This document shows positions 55,815 to 64,000 of a DNA stretch of 64,000 nucleotides, piece after piece. The translations under genes were made by a program, and so were the position numbers. The notes beneath the pieces were generated by a model. That model was not told the origin of the DNA. It saw only the letters and a program-made list of their open reading frames with translations, and did no database searches. The stretch is from Candidatus Latescibacterota bacterium (lineage in GTDB: Bacteria > Latescibacterota > UBA2968 > SICM01). Positions within the stretch are counted from its first letter, which is position 1. Each line of letters begins with the position of its first letter. The DNA lies in the NCBI GenBank assembly GCA_965217865.1, contig CBDCJO010000002.1:5440001-5504000 (forward strand), read 5' to 3'.

Positions 55815-57629
55815 CTATCTCCCGAATCGACGGTGAATCTCATCCAGCGCCATCTTGACTACGATCGGGCGGCCGTGCGGACAGACAAACGGATCATCAG
55901 CTGCGAAGAGTCGATCGATCAGGGTTTTCATCTCCCTGGTGGAAAGGCGCTCTCCAGCCCGTATGGCGGTATGGCAGGCATATGAGGTGGCCACCTGCTC
56001 CTCCAGCCTCGATTTCGGCTTCTCCTCCTCCCTGAGGTCTTCGATGATCTCTTTCAAAAGTTTGCCGTCGTTCCACTGCCGGAGGCCGGTGGGAATAGCA
56101 TCCACCACCGCGGAATTACCCCCCAGATCCCTGATGCCGAAACCCAAACGCTCGAACAGGGGGGATACTTCCTTCAGGAATACCATCTCGGGCAAACTGA
56201 GGGAGACAGAGAGGGGAAATAGAAGCTGTTGGCCGGCCGTTGGCTGAGACTGGAAAGCCCGGAGGGTTTCTTCGAAAATGATGCGTTCGTGGGCGACATG
56301 TTGGTCGACGATGATCAGACCATTCTTGATCTCCGCCAGGATGTATGTCTCGTGCATCTGCCAGACCGATACGGTTTCGGACTCCGGATCCACCTCAGCC
56401 CCAGTTTCCCCTCCCTCAGAATCCCCATCCGATGGTTTACGCTCGATCAGAGGCAGCGAAATCTGCGAATCCAGATCGAAGGGGGTGTTCTCGAAATGGC
56501 GCCGATCCTTTCCTTTGCGGCCATACCCGTCGGACGGTTCACGGACGAGTGAAGGTCGGGTATAAGGTCCTCCGTACGAACGATGCCCAGCCTTCTCATC
56601 CTGAAGGTTTTCCAGGGAATCGGGGGAGACTTCGGGGATCACGTCCGCATCCCGCATGGCACGCCTGACCGCATTCGAGATGACTTTATAGAACCTGCGC
56701 TCGTCATCCAGGCGTACTTCCCTCTTGGTCGGATGCACATTGACGTCCACCCTATCGCCTGGAACCTCGATGTAAAGAACGTAAAACGGAAAATTCCCTC
56801 GGGATATCAGTCCACCGTAGCCATCCAAAACTGCTTTTGTGAACGTGCGGTTCTGGATCGGCCGATCATTGATCAAGAATACCTGATGGGTTCCTGAGCG
56901 GCGGACGAAGTTCGGCTTTCCAAGAAATCCGTTGACCCGGATCCCCTCCTCCTCTGCCTTCGCCACTACCGCCTCCCGATCCAGGTTCAACCCGAAAACC
57001 TCCTCGATCCTTTGCTTTCGGTCTCCCGGTGAAAGACGTAGCAGAGGCCGGCCATTGTGGGACAGGATCAGATTGATGCCTGGGAACGCAAGGCCGACTT
57101 TGCTCACGCAGGCGACAATGTGTCGCATCTCGGTTTCGATCCCCCTCAGATATTTTCTTCTCGCAGGCACGTTGTAGAACAGGCCGAGCACACTGACGGT
57201 CGTCCCAGCATCCCTACCGACGGTATTCACTTCACGAACAACACCCCCCTCAACCGATATATAGGTTCCAGCATCAGCCTCTGATACGCGGGTCTCCAAG
57301 ACCAACCGGCTGACGGCTGCGATGCTCGGCAGGGCTTCCCCCCTGAAACCCAGGGTTGAAATAACGTTCAGATCGGAAAAATGTCGGATCTTGCTTGTCG
57401 CGTGACGCTCCAGCGCAAGGAGAGCATCCTCCCGATCCATTCCGGATCCATTATCGCTGACCCGGATGGCCTCCCGCCCTCCCGCTGCCACATCGATGAC
57501 GATCCTATCCCCCCCGGCGTCGATGGCATTCTCGACCAGCTCCTTTACCACGGCTGCCGGTCGTTCAACGACCTCACCGGCCGCGATCTTGTTGGCCAGC
57601 TCGTCCGGAAGGATTTGTATCGTAGGCAT
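55815..57629 (-). CDS. mutL: DNA mismatch repair endonuclease MutL
   Basis: IAAGEVVERP, GFRGEAL, DVNVHP.K.EV, DQHVAHER, AC, CPHGRP. Confidence 0.97.
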   Translation of the reverse strand: MPTIQILPDELANKIAAGEVVERPAAVVKELVENAIDAGGDRIVIDVAAGGREAIRVSDNGSGMDREDALLALERHATSKIRHFSDLNVISTLGFRGEALPSIAAVSRLVLETRVSEADAGTYISVEGGVVREVNTVGRDAGTTVSVLGLFYNVPARRKYLRGIETEMRHIVACVSKVGLAFPGINLILSHNGRPLLRLSPGDRKQRIEEVFGLNLDREAVVAKAEEEGIRVNGFLGKPNFVRRSGTHQVFLINDRPIQNRTFTKAVLDGYGGLISRGNFPFYVLYIEVPGDRVDVNVHPTKREVRLDDERRFYKVISNAVRRAMRDADVIPEVSPDSLENLQDEKAGHRSYGGPYTRPSLVREPSDGYGRKGKDRRHFENTPFDLDSQISLPLIERKPSDGDSEGGETGAEVDPESETVSVWQMHETYILAEIKNGLIIVDQHVAHERIIFEETLRAFQSQPTAGQQLLFPLSVSLSLPEMVFLKEVSPLFERLGFGIRDLGGNSAVVDAIPTGLRQWNDGKLLKEIIEDLREEEKPKSRLEEQVATSYACHTAIRAGERLSTREMKTLIDRLFAADDPFVCPHGRPIVVKMALDEIHRRFGR

Positions 57630-57640
57630 AGCAAAAAGGA

Positions 57641-57752
57641 AGCGTTCAGCTGTCAGTCAACGTTCCAGGGGAGATCAGGTCTAAGGATCCAAGTCCTACC
57701 CGTAACCAGTGATCATCCCGTTCGGAAAGCTGACTTTGGAAGACTGAACGCT
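57641..57752. repeat. Intergenic inverted repeat of heptamer type
   Basis: AGCGTTCAG(CTGTCAG) at 57641 and CTGAACGCT at 57744. Confidence 0.5.
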
Positions 57753-57761
57753 CGTAGAGGG

Positions 57762-59019
57762 TTAACCTGTCCTGAGGGCCAACAGGAACGATTGCGCGTC
57801 CTCCAGGTCATTCTTGGCCGCTTCGGCCAGGATCTGGATTCCCTTTTCCGTCATCGCGAAACGGTCCATCACCGACTGGTCGATCGCCGGAATCAAATTA
57901 TCCCCCCCATTCCCGAACTCCAGGGTCCGGCAGATTATATCCGCAAGGTGGATCACGCCGACAAGCCGCTGATACCGCCGGACATACTGTGGGTTGTGGT
58001 GGCTCTTGATGCTGTTCTGGAGGTCTTCGCCTTTTCCACCACTTCAATGTAATATTCCGAGAAGAAGCTGTCCAGAACCAGCTTCCCCACGTCGTGCAGC
58101 ATCCCCGCAAGAAACGCCGACTCCGACTCTGTCTGAAGCTTCTTGGCCACCGTACGGGCGACAAATCCCGTCCCCACCGAGTGACGCCAGAACGCCATCA
58201 GGTCCAACCCTCCTTCTTCTTCTTCGCACCTCCCAGCTTTTGGAATACCTGTGCGGACATCACCAGATTCGCGATCTCCTCGAAACCCAGTAGCGAAACC
58301 CCCACTTTCAGAGAACTCACCTTCTTACGAAGCCCGTAGTAAGCCGAGTTCACCAGTTTCAGGACCGTGGCCAGGAGGCTCGGGTCCATCTTGATCTGTT
58401 CGGCCAGGGCCTCGCTGGTGGCATCTTCGCTTTTGGCGAGTTTCATGATCTCGGCGTGGGTGGTCGGGAAAGAGGGCAGCCCCTCGATCTTCTTCACCCG
58501 TTCACGGATTGTCTGCCGGGCGGGATCACCTTCTTCCTGTGCATCCTCCGAAGCATCATCCGAACCCGCTTCCCCCGGCTGACCGGATGGCTTGTCCTCG
58601 GTCTCCGGAGCGACAGGTCCGGACAGGGCCTCTTGGATCCGGTTCACAAGCTCGCTGGGCCGGAAGGGTTTGACAAGATAGGAACTGACACCCGCGTCCC
58701 TTGCCTTAATGACGATGTCCGCCGACGGGTTGGCTGAGGTCAGGATGACCGGAATGTGATTGAACTTCGGGCTTAATCCTACCAGCTCGGCCAGCCGAAT
58801 CCCATTGCCGGGGATCGATATCTCCACAACTATCAAGTCGGCAAAAGAATCCTGGAGATAACGCACGGCAGACAGACCGTCGACCACCGCAGTGGTCTCA
58901 TACTTGGGCGATAGCATCTGGCTGATCAAATCACTGAACCGCTGTCTGTCCACTACCAGGACCTGCTTGGCCCCGTCGCTTTTTTGTGCTTCGGTGTCCA
59001 TTTGTGCTTCGGTGTCCAA
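57762..59019 (-). pseudogene. Receiver + HDOD domain signalling protein, disrupted by a frameshift and an internal deletion
   Basis: REC domain (YLVKPF); HDOD motifs LPSFP, DP.L...VLKLVNS.YYG, FWRHS, AG.LHDVGKL, HHNP and HLAD spread over three reading-frame segments. Confidence 0.85.
58983..59018. repeat. Perfect 18-bp tandem duplication at the HDOD gene start
   Basis: TTTGTGCTTCGGTGTCCA x2, encoding DTEAQ twice. Confidence 0.9.
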
Positions 59020-59056
59020 TGGAAGAAATCCTTAAATTACTCTGGTTGGTTAGAAA

Positions 59057-59944
59057 TCAAGAGTCGGCAACAAGCCGCTGATAAGCCTCCTGATATTTCT
59101 CAGCGGTCTGAGATACGATCTCTTCCGGCAAATCCGGAGCAGGAGGTGTCTTGTCCCAATCGAGCGTGTCCAGGTAATCACGGACAAACTGTTTGTCAAA
59201 GCTTTCCTGAGACCGTCCGGCTTGATACCGGTCCTTCGGCCAGAATCGGGAGGAGTCCGGAGAAAGGATCTCGTCGATCATGATGATCTCCCCATCGACT
59301 GTTCCAAACTCGAACTTTGTATCTGCGAGGAGGATCCCTCTCCCTTCCGCATAACTCCAGGCCTTCCGATAGATAGCGATGCTGATCTCACGGAGTGTTT
59401 GCACGATATTTTTCCCGATCGCTTCAGCAGCCTGTTCGACCGAAATATTCTCATCGTGGCCCGAATCAGCCTTGGTTGCAGGTGTAAAGATCGGTTCGGA
59501 CAACCTTTCCGATTCCTGCAATCCCGGTGGAAGGCGGTGTCCCGAGGTCATTCCCGTCGCCCGATAATCCCTCCACCCGGACCCGGCCAGATATCCCCGG
59601 ACCACACATTCGAGGTCGATCCGTTTCGCCTTCTTGACAAGCATGGATCGTCCCTCAATCTGGTCTGAATAACGATGCAGTCCCTCAGGATATTCCTCCA
59701 CGTTCGCAGTTATCAGGTGGTTCGGGACGATATCTTGGGTGATTCCGAACCAGAAGAGGGACATCGCCGTAAGAACCTTCCCTTTTTGTGGGATACCGTT
59801 GGGCATGATAACGTCATAAGCCGATATCCTGTCCGTGGCCACGATCAACAGTCGGTCGTCCAGATCGTAGATATCCCGAACCTTCCCTCGGGCAAACAAT
59901 CGGACTCCGTCCAGTTCAGTGTGAAGCAATGCCTTCGTTTTCAC
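59057..59944 (-). CDS. purC: SAICAR synthetase
   Basis: GKVRDIY, TDRISAYD, ECVVRGYL.GS, FTPATKA, DTKFEFG, DE..SPDSSRFW, DKQFVRD. Confidence 0.96.
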   Translation of the reverse strand: MKTKALLHTELDGVRLFARGKVRDIYDLDDRLLIVATDRISAYDVIMPNGIPQKGKVLTAMSLFWFGITQDIVPNHLITANVEEYPEGLHRYSDQIEGRSMLVKKAKRIDLECVVRGYLAGSGWRDYRATGMTSGHRLPPGLQESERLSEPIFTPATKADSGHDENISVEQAAEAIGKNIVQTLREISIAIYRKAWSYAEGRGILLADTKFEFGTVDGEIIMIDEILSPDSSRFWPKDRYQAGRSQESFDKQFVRDYLDTLDWDKTPPAPDLPEEIVSQTAEKYQEAYQRLVADS

Positions 59945-60017
59945 AATTGCCGCTATCCGGGGTTTGAAGTTTTTTCGGCAAATGGTTGGGGGATAAAACC
60001 AGAAAAATATTTGATAG

Positions 60018-60046
60018 ATATTATCAAATCCAATCCTCAAAGTCAA
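60018..60046 (-). promoter_or_regulatory. Sigma70-type promoter of purC
   Basis: Minus strand TTGACT-N17-TAATAT. Confidence 0.5.
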
Positions 60047-60100
60047 GCCGTTTTAAGGGCGTTTCGGATTGAAAATGATCCCTGCGCCACCGACAGAGAT

Positions 60101-60129
60101 AAAAAAAACCAGGCTCATATGGCCTGGCT
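60101..60129 (-). terminator. Intrinsic terminator of the ECF operon
   Basis: GCCAGGC-CATATGA-GCCTGGT followed by a T tract on the minus strand. Confidence 0.75.
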
Positions 60130-60160
60130 TCGAATCGTGAACAGCTCGACAGTCCGGATA

Positions 60161-60784
60161 TTATGGTGGATGGCCGGGTGTATATTCCGGCGGTCTCATT
60201 CGGAACTTCCTTCCTTCCCCCCCACGTCTTCGCCGATGCTGCATGATATCCATAATGGCGTCGCGAAGGACGTGATCGAATCTTTGTTCAAACAACATCA
60301 GATGGGCTTGCTGCCTCACTGAGAGGATTTTGGCGGCCTCAGACCGAAAAGTTGATTTTGCCTGACGAAGGAGTTCCTCTTCCCGTTGGATGGCCAACAT
60401 CGTGTCGACCAGAGCTTTTTCCGTAGTCTCGGGTCGTCGGATCATCCTCATCAGGACTCTGGAGAGCTGCTCACGTCCGTCGTTCAATCTGTCCTGCTCG
60501 GCGTCAGAGCGCTTGAGTGCGAGAAAGAACCTTTCGGATTGGCCTTCCTCCAGGTCAAGGATATCGATTAAACGCCACATCCGCACCATACGTATCCGGT
60601 CCCGACGCTCCTCGGGAGATCCCTGGAACCTCTTCCCGGGCGGAGGTTGGGCATTTCCAGACGAGACAGTGAACCCTGGGAACACGAATCCGAACAGGAG
60701 CAGCCACGCGAAAGATGAGGACACGAAGCACCGCCTGACCCGACGGAGATTTGTGGAGCTATCTGAATGGGTCAAAAAAGTCAT
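60161..60784 (-). CDS. Spy/CpxP-like periplasmic helical protein
   Basis: Signal peptide, LDL.E.Q and IL..RQ motifs, coiled-coil; third gene of the ECF operon. Confidence 0.7.
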   Translation of the reverse strand: MTFLTHSDSSTNLRRVRRCFVSSSFAWLLLFGFVFPGFTVSSGNAQPPPGKRFQGSPEERRDRIRMVRMWRLIDILDLEEGQSERFFLALKRSDAEQDRLNDGREQLSRVLMRMIRRPETTEKALVDTMLAIQREEELLRQAKSTFRSEAAKILSVRQQAHLMLFEQRFDHVLRDAIMDIMQHRRRRGGEGRKFRMRPPEYTPGHPP

Positions 60785-61428
60785 ACCGTTAACCGCTCCT
60801 CGATCTTCTTTAAAACTTGATCAATCTCCTCATCATCGAGATCGTAGAGAAGGGATTCGATCTGAACGCCCCGAAGGTACTCATCCCTGTAATCGATCCA
60901 TGGGTCGGGATCATCCTGGACGCCCACCGTGCGTTCGAAGGCTTTCCCGGGTGGACTTCGATCCGTTCCGTTGAAACTCACAACCCCCACGTCAATGTCC
61001 ATCAGCTCCGTCATGACTTCATCGAATAGTTCTGGATCCTGAGCGACCACGGCGATCCTGTTCGAAACGGATAGGTAGTCGCTCTCTATGGGTTCATCGA
61101 AATCCGTTTCCATGTCTCTCAACCCGATGACCATCAATAGGAGTAAAGCCGCAGTCGCAAACATGGCGGGTACCAGGCGGAAGGCATAGCGCTTGCGGTG
61201 TTGTTCTATCCCACTTCGAATTCGGACTAACATCCGGGATGCAGACTGATCGGACCGGACCGGTACCCGATAGGTTTTCGCCATATCCAGGGTTTGCTGG
61301 ATGGGCTGGAGCGCAGCCTGACAATCGGCACAAGAGGCGAGATGGGACTTGATCATCTCTGCCCTGACATCGTTAAGGTCCCCATCGGCATAAGGTATCA
61401 GATCTTTTTCGATCTCGCGGCAGTTCAT
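60781..61428 (-). CDS. Zinc-binding anti-sigma factor (zf-HC2)
   Basis: MNC...HLASCADC (HxxxCxxC) plus one TM segment; ATGA-coupled to the sigma gene. Confidence 0.88.
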   Translation of the reverse strand: MNCREIEKDLIPYADGDLNDVRAEMIKSHLASCADCQAALQPIQQTLDMAKTYRVPVRSDQSASRMLVRIRSGIEQHRKRYAFRLVPAMFATAALLLLMVIGLRDMETDFDEPIESDYLSVSNRIAVVAQDPELFDEVMTELMDIDVGVVSFNGTDRSPPGKAFERTVGVQDDPDPWIDYRDEYLRGVQIESLLYDLDDEEIDQVLKKIEERLTV

Positions 61429-62003
61429 AAGCCACCTTCCTCCATATACCGTTGAAATCCCGTGAGCTCTCGCTGAAGCCGTTTCACAGCGTGAAAATAG
61501 TTTGCCTTCACCGCTCCCACGGACCTTTTCAAGACATCGCCAATCTCCTCGTGAGACAGACCTTCATATTGCCTAAGCAGGAAAACCGCCCTCTGTTTTG
61601 GGGGAAGCTTATCAATCGCCTTTTTCACGGCGGCTCCCACATCACCCCGCGCCAATTCCTCTTCCGGGCTTACCCCACGCCTTCCACGCCAACGCATCGT
61701 ATAGTCTGCTAAGACAGTTTCTCTTATCTTATTCCGGCGCAAATGATTAACGCAATAATTTACAGTGATTCGATAAAGCCAGGTATAGAGGGTCGAATCT
61801 TCTCTGAAACGGTCAAGGGCGTGGTAGGCTTTCACGAATACTTCCTGACAGATATCTTCGGCATCCTCGGAACCCCTAACCATGCGAAGGGCCAGGTTGT
61901 ATACCCGGTTCTGATGCCGGAGAACCAATTCATTAAAGGCCTGCTCGTCGCCGGACTTGAATCTCTGAACGAGCACCTGATCGGTATCATGGCCGACCAC
62001 CAT
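61425..62003 (-). CDS. ECF RNA polymerase sigma factor
   Basis: GD..AF.ELV, DAED..QEVF, TWLYRI..N, LP.KQR.VF.LR..EGLS..EI, VK. Confidence 0.93.
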   Translation of the reverse strand: MVVGHDTDQVLVQRFKSGDEQAFNELVLRHQNRVYNLALRMVRGSEDAEDICQEVFVKAYHALDRFREDSTLYTWLYRITVNYCVNHLRRNKIRETVLADYTMRWRGRRGVSPEEELARGDVGAAVKKAIDKLPPKQRAVFLLRQYEGLSHEEIGDVLKRSVGAVKANYFHAVKRLQRELTGFQRYMEEGGL

Positions 62004-62099
62004 ACCCTCTGTATCGAATCGTCGGAGACATCTCAGGTTCTGATGCATAGGCCCGAACGCTTCAGATGGTTTGTTTTGTATCTATTTATATTCTAATTG

Positions 62100-62128
62100 T
62101 TAGACTCATATACACGAGAAAAAGTTTA
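62100..62128 (-). promoter_or_regulatory. ECF-type promoter upstream of the sigma gene (probable autoregulation)
   Basis: Minus strand TAAACTT-N16-GTCTAA, close to the sigmaE-type GAACTT...TCTAA consensus. Confidence 0.55.
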
Positions 62129-62193
62129 ACCAAATTTAACAATCCGAGCAGAAAATATGGGGGATGATGATACCGTGTTTAAGCCAATTAATA

Positions 62194-62673
62194 TTAAACT
62201 CTTATATCAGACACCTCGTCAAGGATTGATGTGAGGTTTTCCACCACCTCACCCTTACAGGTTTCGATCCAGGTCAGGTCCTTCTCAAGAATTCGGCCGT
62301 CTTCGGCGCACGCTCGAACCTCCTCCTCATCCAGCACTGATACCCGGCCTTCTGATGATACCCAGATGTCCAGAAGCATATCCAGATAAGACACCCTGTC
62401 ATCTTCAATTCGAACATCCCTGCAGATGTGAAAGACATGTCCTTTCAGGTCTCCTGCCGGACCGTACATCCGCCACGCAACATATCCCCTATCTGACCAG
62501 TAGTGTGCCAACGTCGTTGAACCAGGGTCGAAAACCACATCTCCGATACGTCCGGTCCGATCGCTGACATACCGAAGCACCAGATGGTCCGGCTCCCTTA
62601 CTACCAGCTCACAACGGAACGCTTGATCGGGTTTGTTGATGTGGCGTTTGATCTCGGTGATGTATTCGGCCAT
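62194..62673 (-). CDS. DUF402 family protein
   Basis: YW..R.Y, YLD..LDIWV..EG.V.VLDEEE. Confidence 0.8.
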   Translation of the reverse strand: MAEYITEIKRHINKPDQAFRCELVVREPDHLVLRYVSDRTGRIGDVVFDPGSTTLAHYWSDRGYVAWRMYGPAGDLKGHVFHICRDVRIEDDRVSYLDMLLDIWVSSEGRVSVLDEEEVRACAEDGRILEKDLTWIETCKGEVVENLTSILDEVSDIRV

Positions 62674-62675
62674 CT

Positions 62676-62831
62676 TTAGAGCCACACCAGCAGCCAGAGT
62701 AACCCCAGCGCGACGACGACCCCCCCCCAGTGATAGTAACCGAGCAGCTTCCAATTTTTCCCAGAAGCAAACGATTGAATGGAAAAAATCGCGACGAGGC
62801 CGATCAAGAGAATCATGCCCCTCAGACTCAT
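62676..62831 (-). CDS. Small two-TM membrane protein (51 aa, below the ORF-track cut-off)
   Basis: MSLRGMILLIGLVAIFSIQSFASGKNWKLLGYYHWGGVVVALGLLWLLVWL*; ATGA overlap with the upstream gene, stop 2 nt before the DUF402 ATG. Confidence 0.75.
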   Translation of the reverse strand: MSLRGMILLIGLVAIFSIQSFASGKNWKLLGYYHWGGVVVALGLLWLLVWL

Positions 62832-63226
62832 TTTATACCTTTCTGTATCGATCCGCCAATTCCCTCAAAAATCTTGTTGGCGGCCTGAAGCCCCTCCCAG
62901 CAGGCCGGGAAACCCGCATAGGGGGCCATCTGAAACATGACTTCTTTGATCTCCTCTTCGCTGGCCCCGTTTACCAGAGCCATCTGAATATTGAGATTCA
63001 GGGCGCTCGGGCGGCCAAGAGCCGTCAAAGCGGCGATTGTACACAGACTCCGGGTCTTTAAATCCAGATGAGGGCGGGACCAGATCTCGCCCGCGAGAAA
63101 ACCCACGACATACTTTTCGAATTCAGGATCCGCCTCCAGGAAGGCGGTTCTTACGTCATCAAACTTTGATCCGGTCATTTTTTTCAGGACCTTCAGACCC
63201 TTGTCGTAGGTTTTTTGATCGATCAT
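62828..63226 (-). CDS. Carboxymuconolactone decarboxylase (CMD) family protein
   Basis: GEIWSRP.LD.KTRSL.TIA.L.ALG, AL.NG.S.EEI.E, YAGFP; RBS AAGGAGG. Confidence 0.88.
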   Translation of the reverse strand: MIDQKTYDKGLKVLKKMTGSKFDDVRTAFLEADPEFEKYVVGFLAGEIWSRPHLDLKTRSLCTIAALTALGRPSALNLNIQMALVNGASEEEIKEVMFQMAPYAGFPACWEGLQAANKIFEGIGGSIQKGIK

Positions 63227-63251
63227 CAGACCTCCTTAAAAAGCATCCCAG

Positions 63252-63998
63252 TTATAAGATCCCTGAGCTTATCGGCTTACCGGTTTCTGCGGACCGATTG
63301 GCCGCCAGACATACCATCGCCGATTTCAACCCGTCCTCATAGGAGGATTTGATAAAAGAACGGTCCCCGGTTTCAATCGCCTTGATGAATGACGAATCGA
63401 TGTCCATCATCCCGTCTTGGCGAATCGGGATATCTGCAGCCCCCTCTGGCGATACGGAAATCCCTTTCCCGTAATGGATCGCCAGGTCCCGAAGGATTAT
63501 CGTAAAATCCGTCTGTCCCCCGCCCTTATCCAGAGCACAACTTGTCGTTATGGCGCCTATAGCGCCTGAGGCAAACTGAAAAGTTGCTATCTGGACGTCC
63601 GGAATCGTTGCGTCTTCCAGATCGCCGATCACGCGCTGGGCGAATCGGGCATGGACCTCGCCGATCTCCCCAACCAGGTAGCGCATCAGGTCCAGCTGGT
63701 GAGTGGTCTGCTCCACCAGTTGTCCCCCTGATTTTTCCATGACACGCCACCAGTGCCCGGCCCCTGGTAGGCCTCCCCAACGATTGGACGTCACCATCCC
63801 GATGGTATTGTCTTTCAGAAATTCCCGGATCGCTTCGACTTCAGGCGTGTAGCGAAGGCTATAACCCACTGACGAAATCACCCCGGATTTCACATTCTCA
63901 TCGCTGATCCTCAAACCCAGATCCTGGTCGAGCACTACGGGTTTCTCTACGAAAAGATGGACCCCCCGTTGGGCAGCGAGGATCTCGGCGTCGCTGTG
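63252..63998 (-). CDS. Gfo/Idh/MocA family oxidoreductase (5' end outside the window)
   Basis: HLFVEKP, VGY.LRY, WW...KSGGQLVEQ.TH..D. Confidence 0.9.
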   Translation of the reverse strand, partial: HSDAEILAAQRGVHLFVEKPVVLDQDLGLRISDENVKSGVISSVGYSLRYTPEVEAIREFLKDNTIGMVTSNRWGGLPGAGHWWRVMEKSGGQLVEQTTHQLDLMRYLVGEIGEVHARFAQRVIGDLEDATIPDVQIATFQFASGAIGAITTSCALDKGGGQTDFTIILRDLAIHYGKGISVSPEGAADIPIRQDGMMDIDSSFIKAIETGDRSFIKSSYEDGLKSAMVCLAANRSAETGKPISSGIL

Positions 63999-64000
63999 GG

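Noticed and set aside
62674-62754. N-terminal extension of the DUF402 ORF
   Set aside because: Better explained by the separate 51-aa membrane protein in another frame.

Overview
Bacterial chromosomal window of moderately high GC, with about 60 CDSs, one tRNA-Gly(CCC), and no recognisable transposase, prophage or CRISPR array. Main blocks: (1) sugar/redox catabolic genes (three Gfo/Idh/MocA, three TIM-barrel isomerases, aldo-keto reductase, sulfatase, rhaM, amidohydrolase); (2) a surface-glycan locus (manC, manA, two GT4, priming transferase, Wzx flippase) that also holds two tandem cobalamin-binding radical SAM genes, a HemK-like methyltransferase and a nucleotidyltransferase-like protein; (3) cell-envelope genes (mltD-like, M23 peptidase, a probable sigma54-driven lpoB operon); (4) an ergothioneine-type cluster with intact egtD and betaine-type ABC transporter but an internally deleted egtB; (5) housekeeping genes (cysteine desulfurase, mrp, miaA, mutL, purC, ECF sigma/anti-sigma). 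The clearest pattern is gene erosion. mutM-like, egtB and an HDOD regulator have lost internal segments while keeping both termini, one radical SAM gene is frameshifted, and an ankyrin gene has an in-frame amber stop. Intergenic DNA carries several families of 6-8-nt tandem repeats and REP-like palindromes. An orphan dockerin/EF-hand-like tail and the gene content suggest a Latescibacterota-like lineage (inference only). All calls come from reading motifs; no database search was run.
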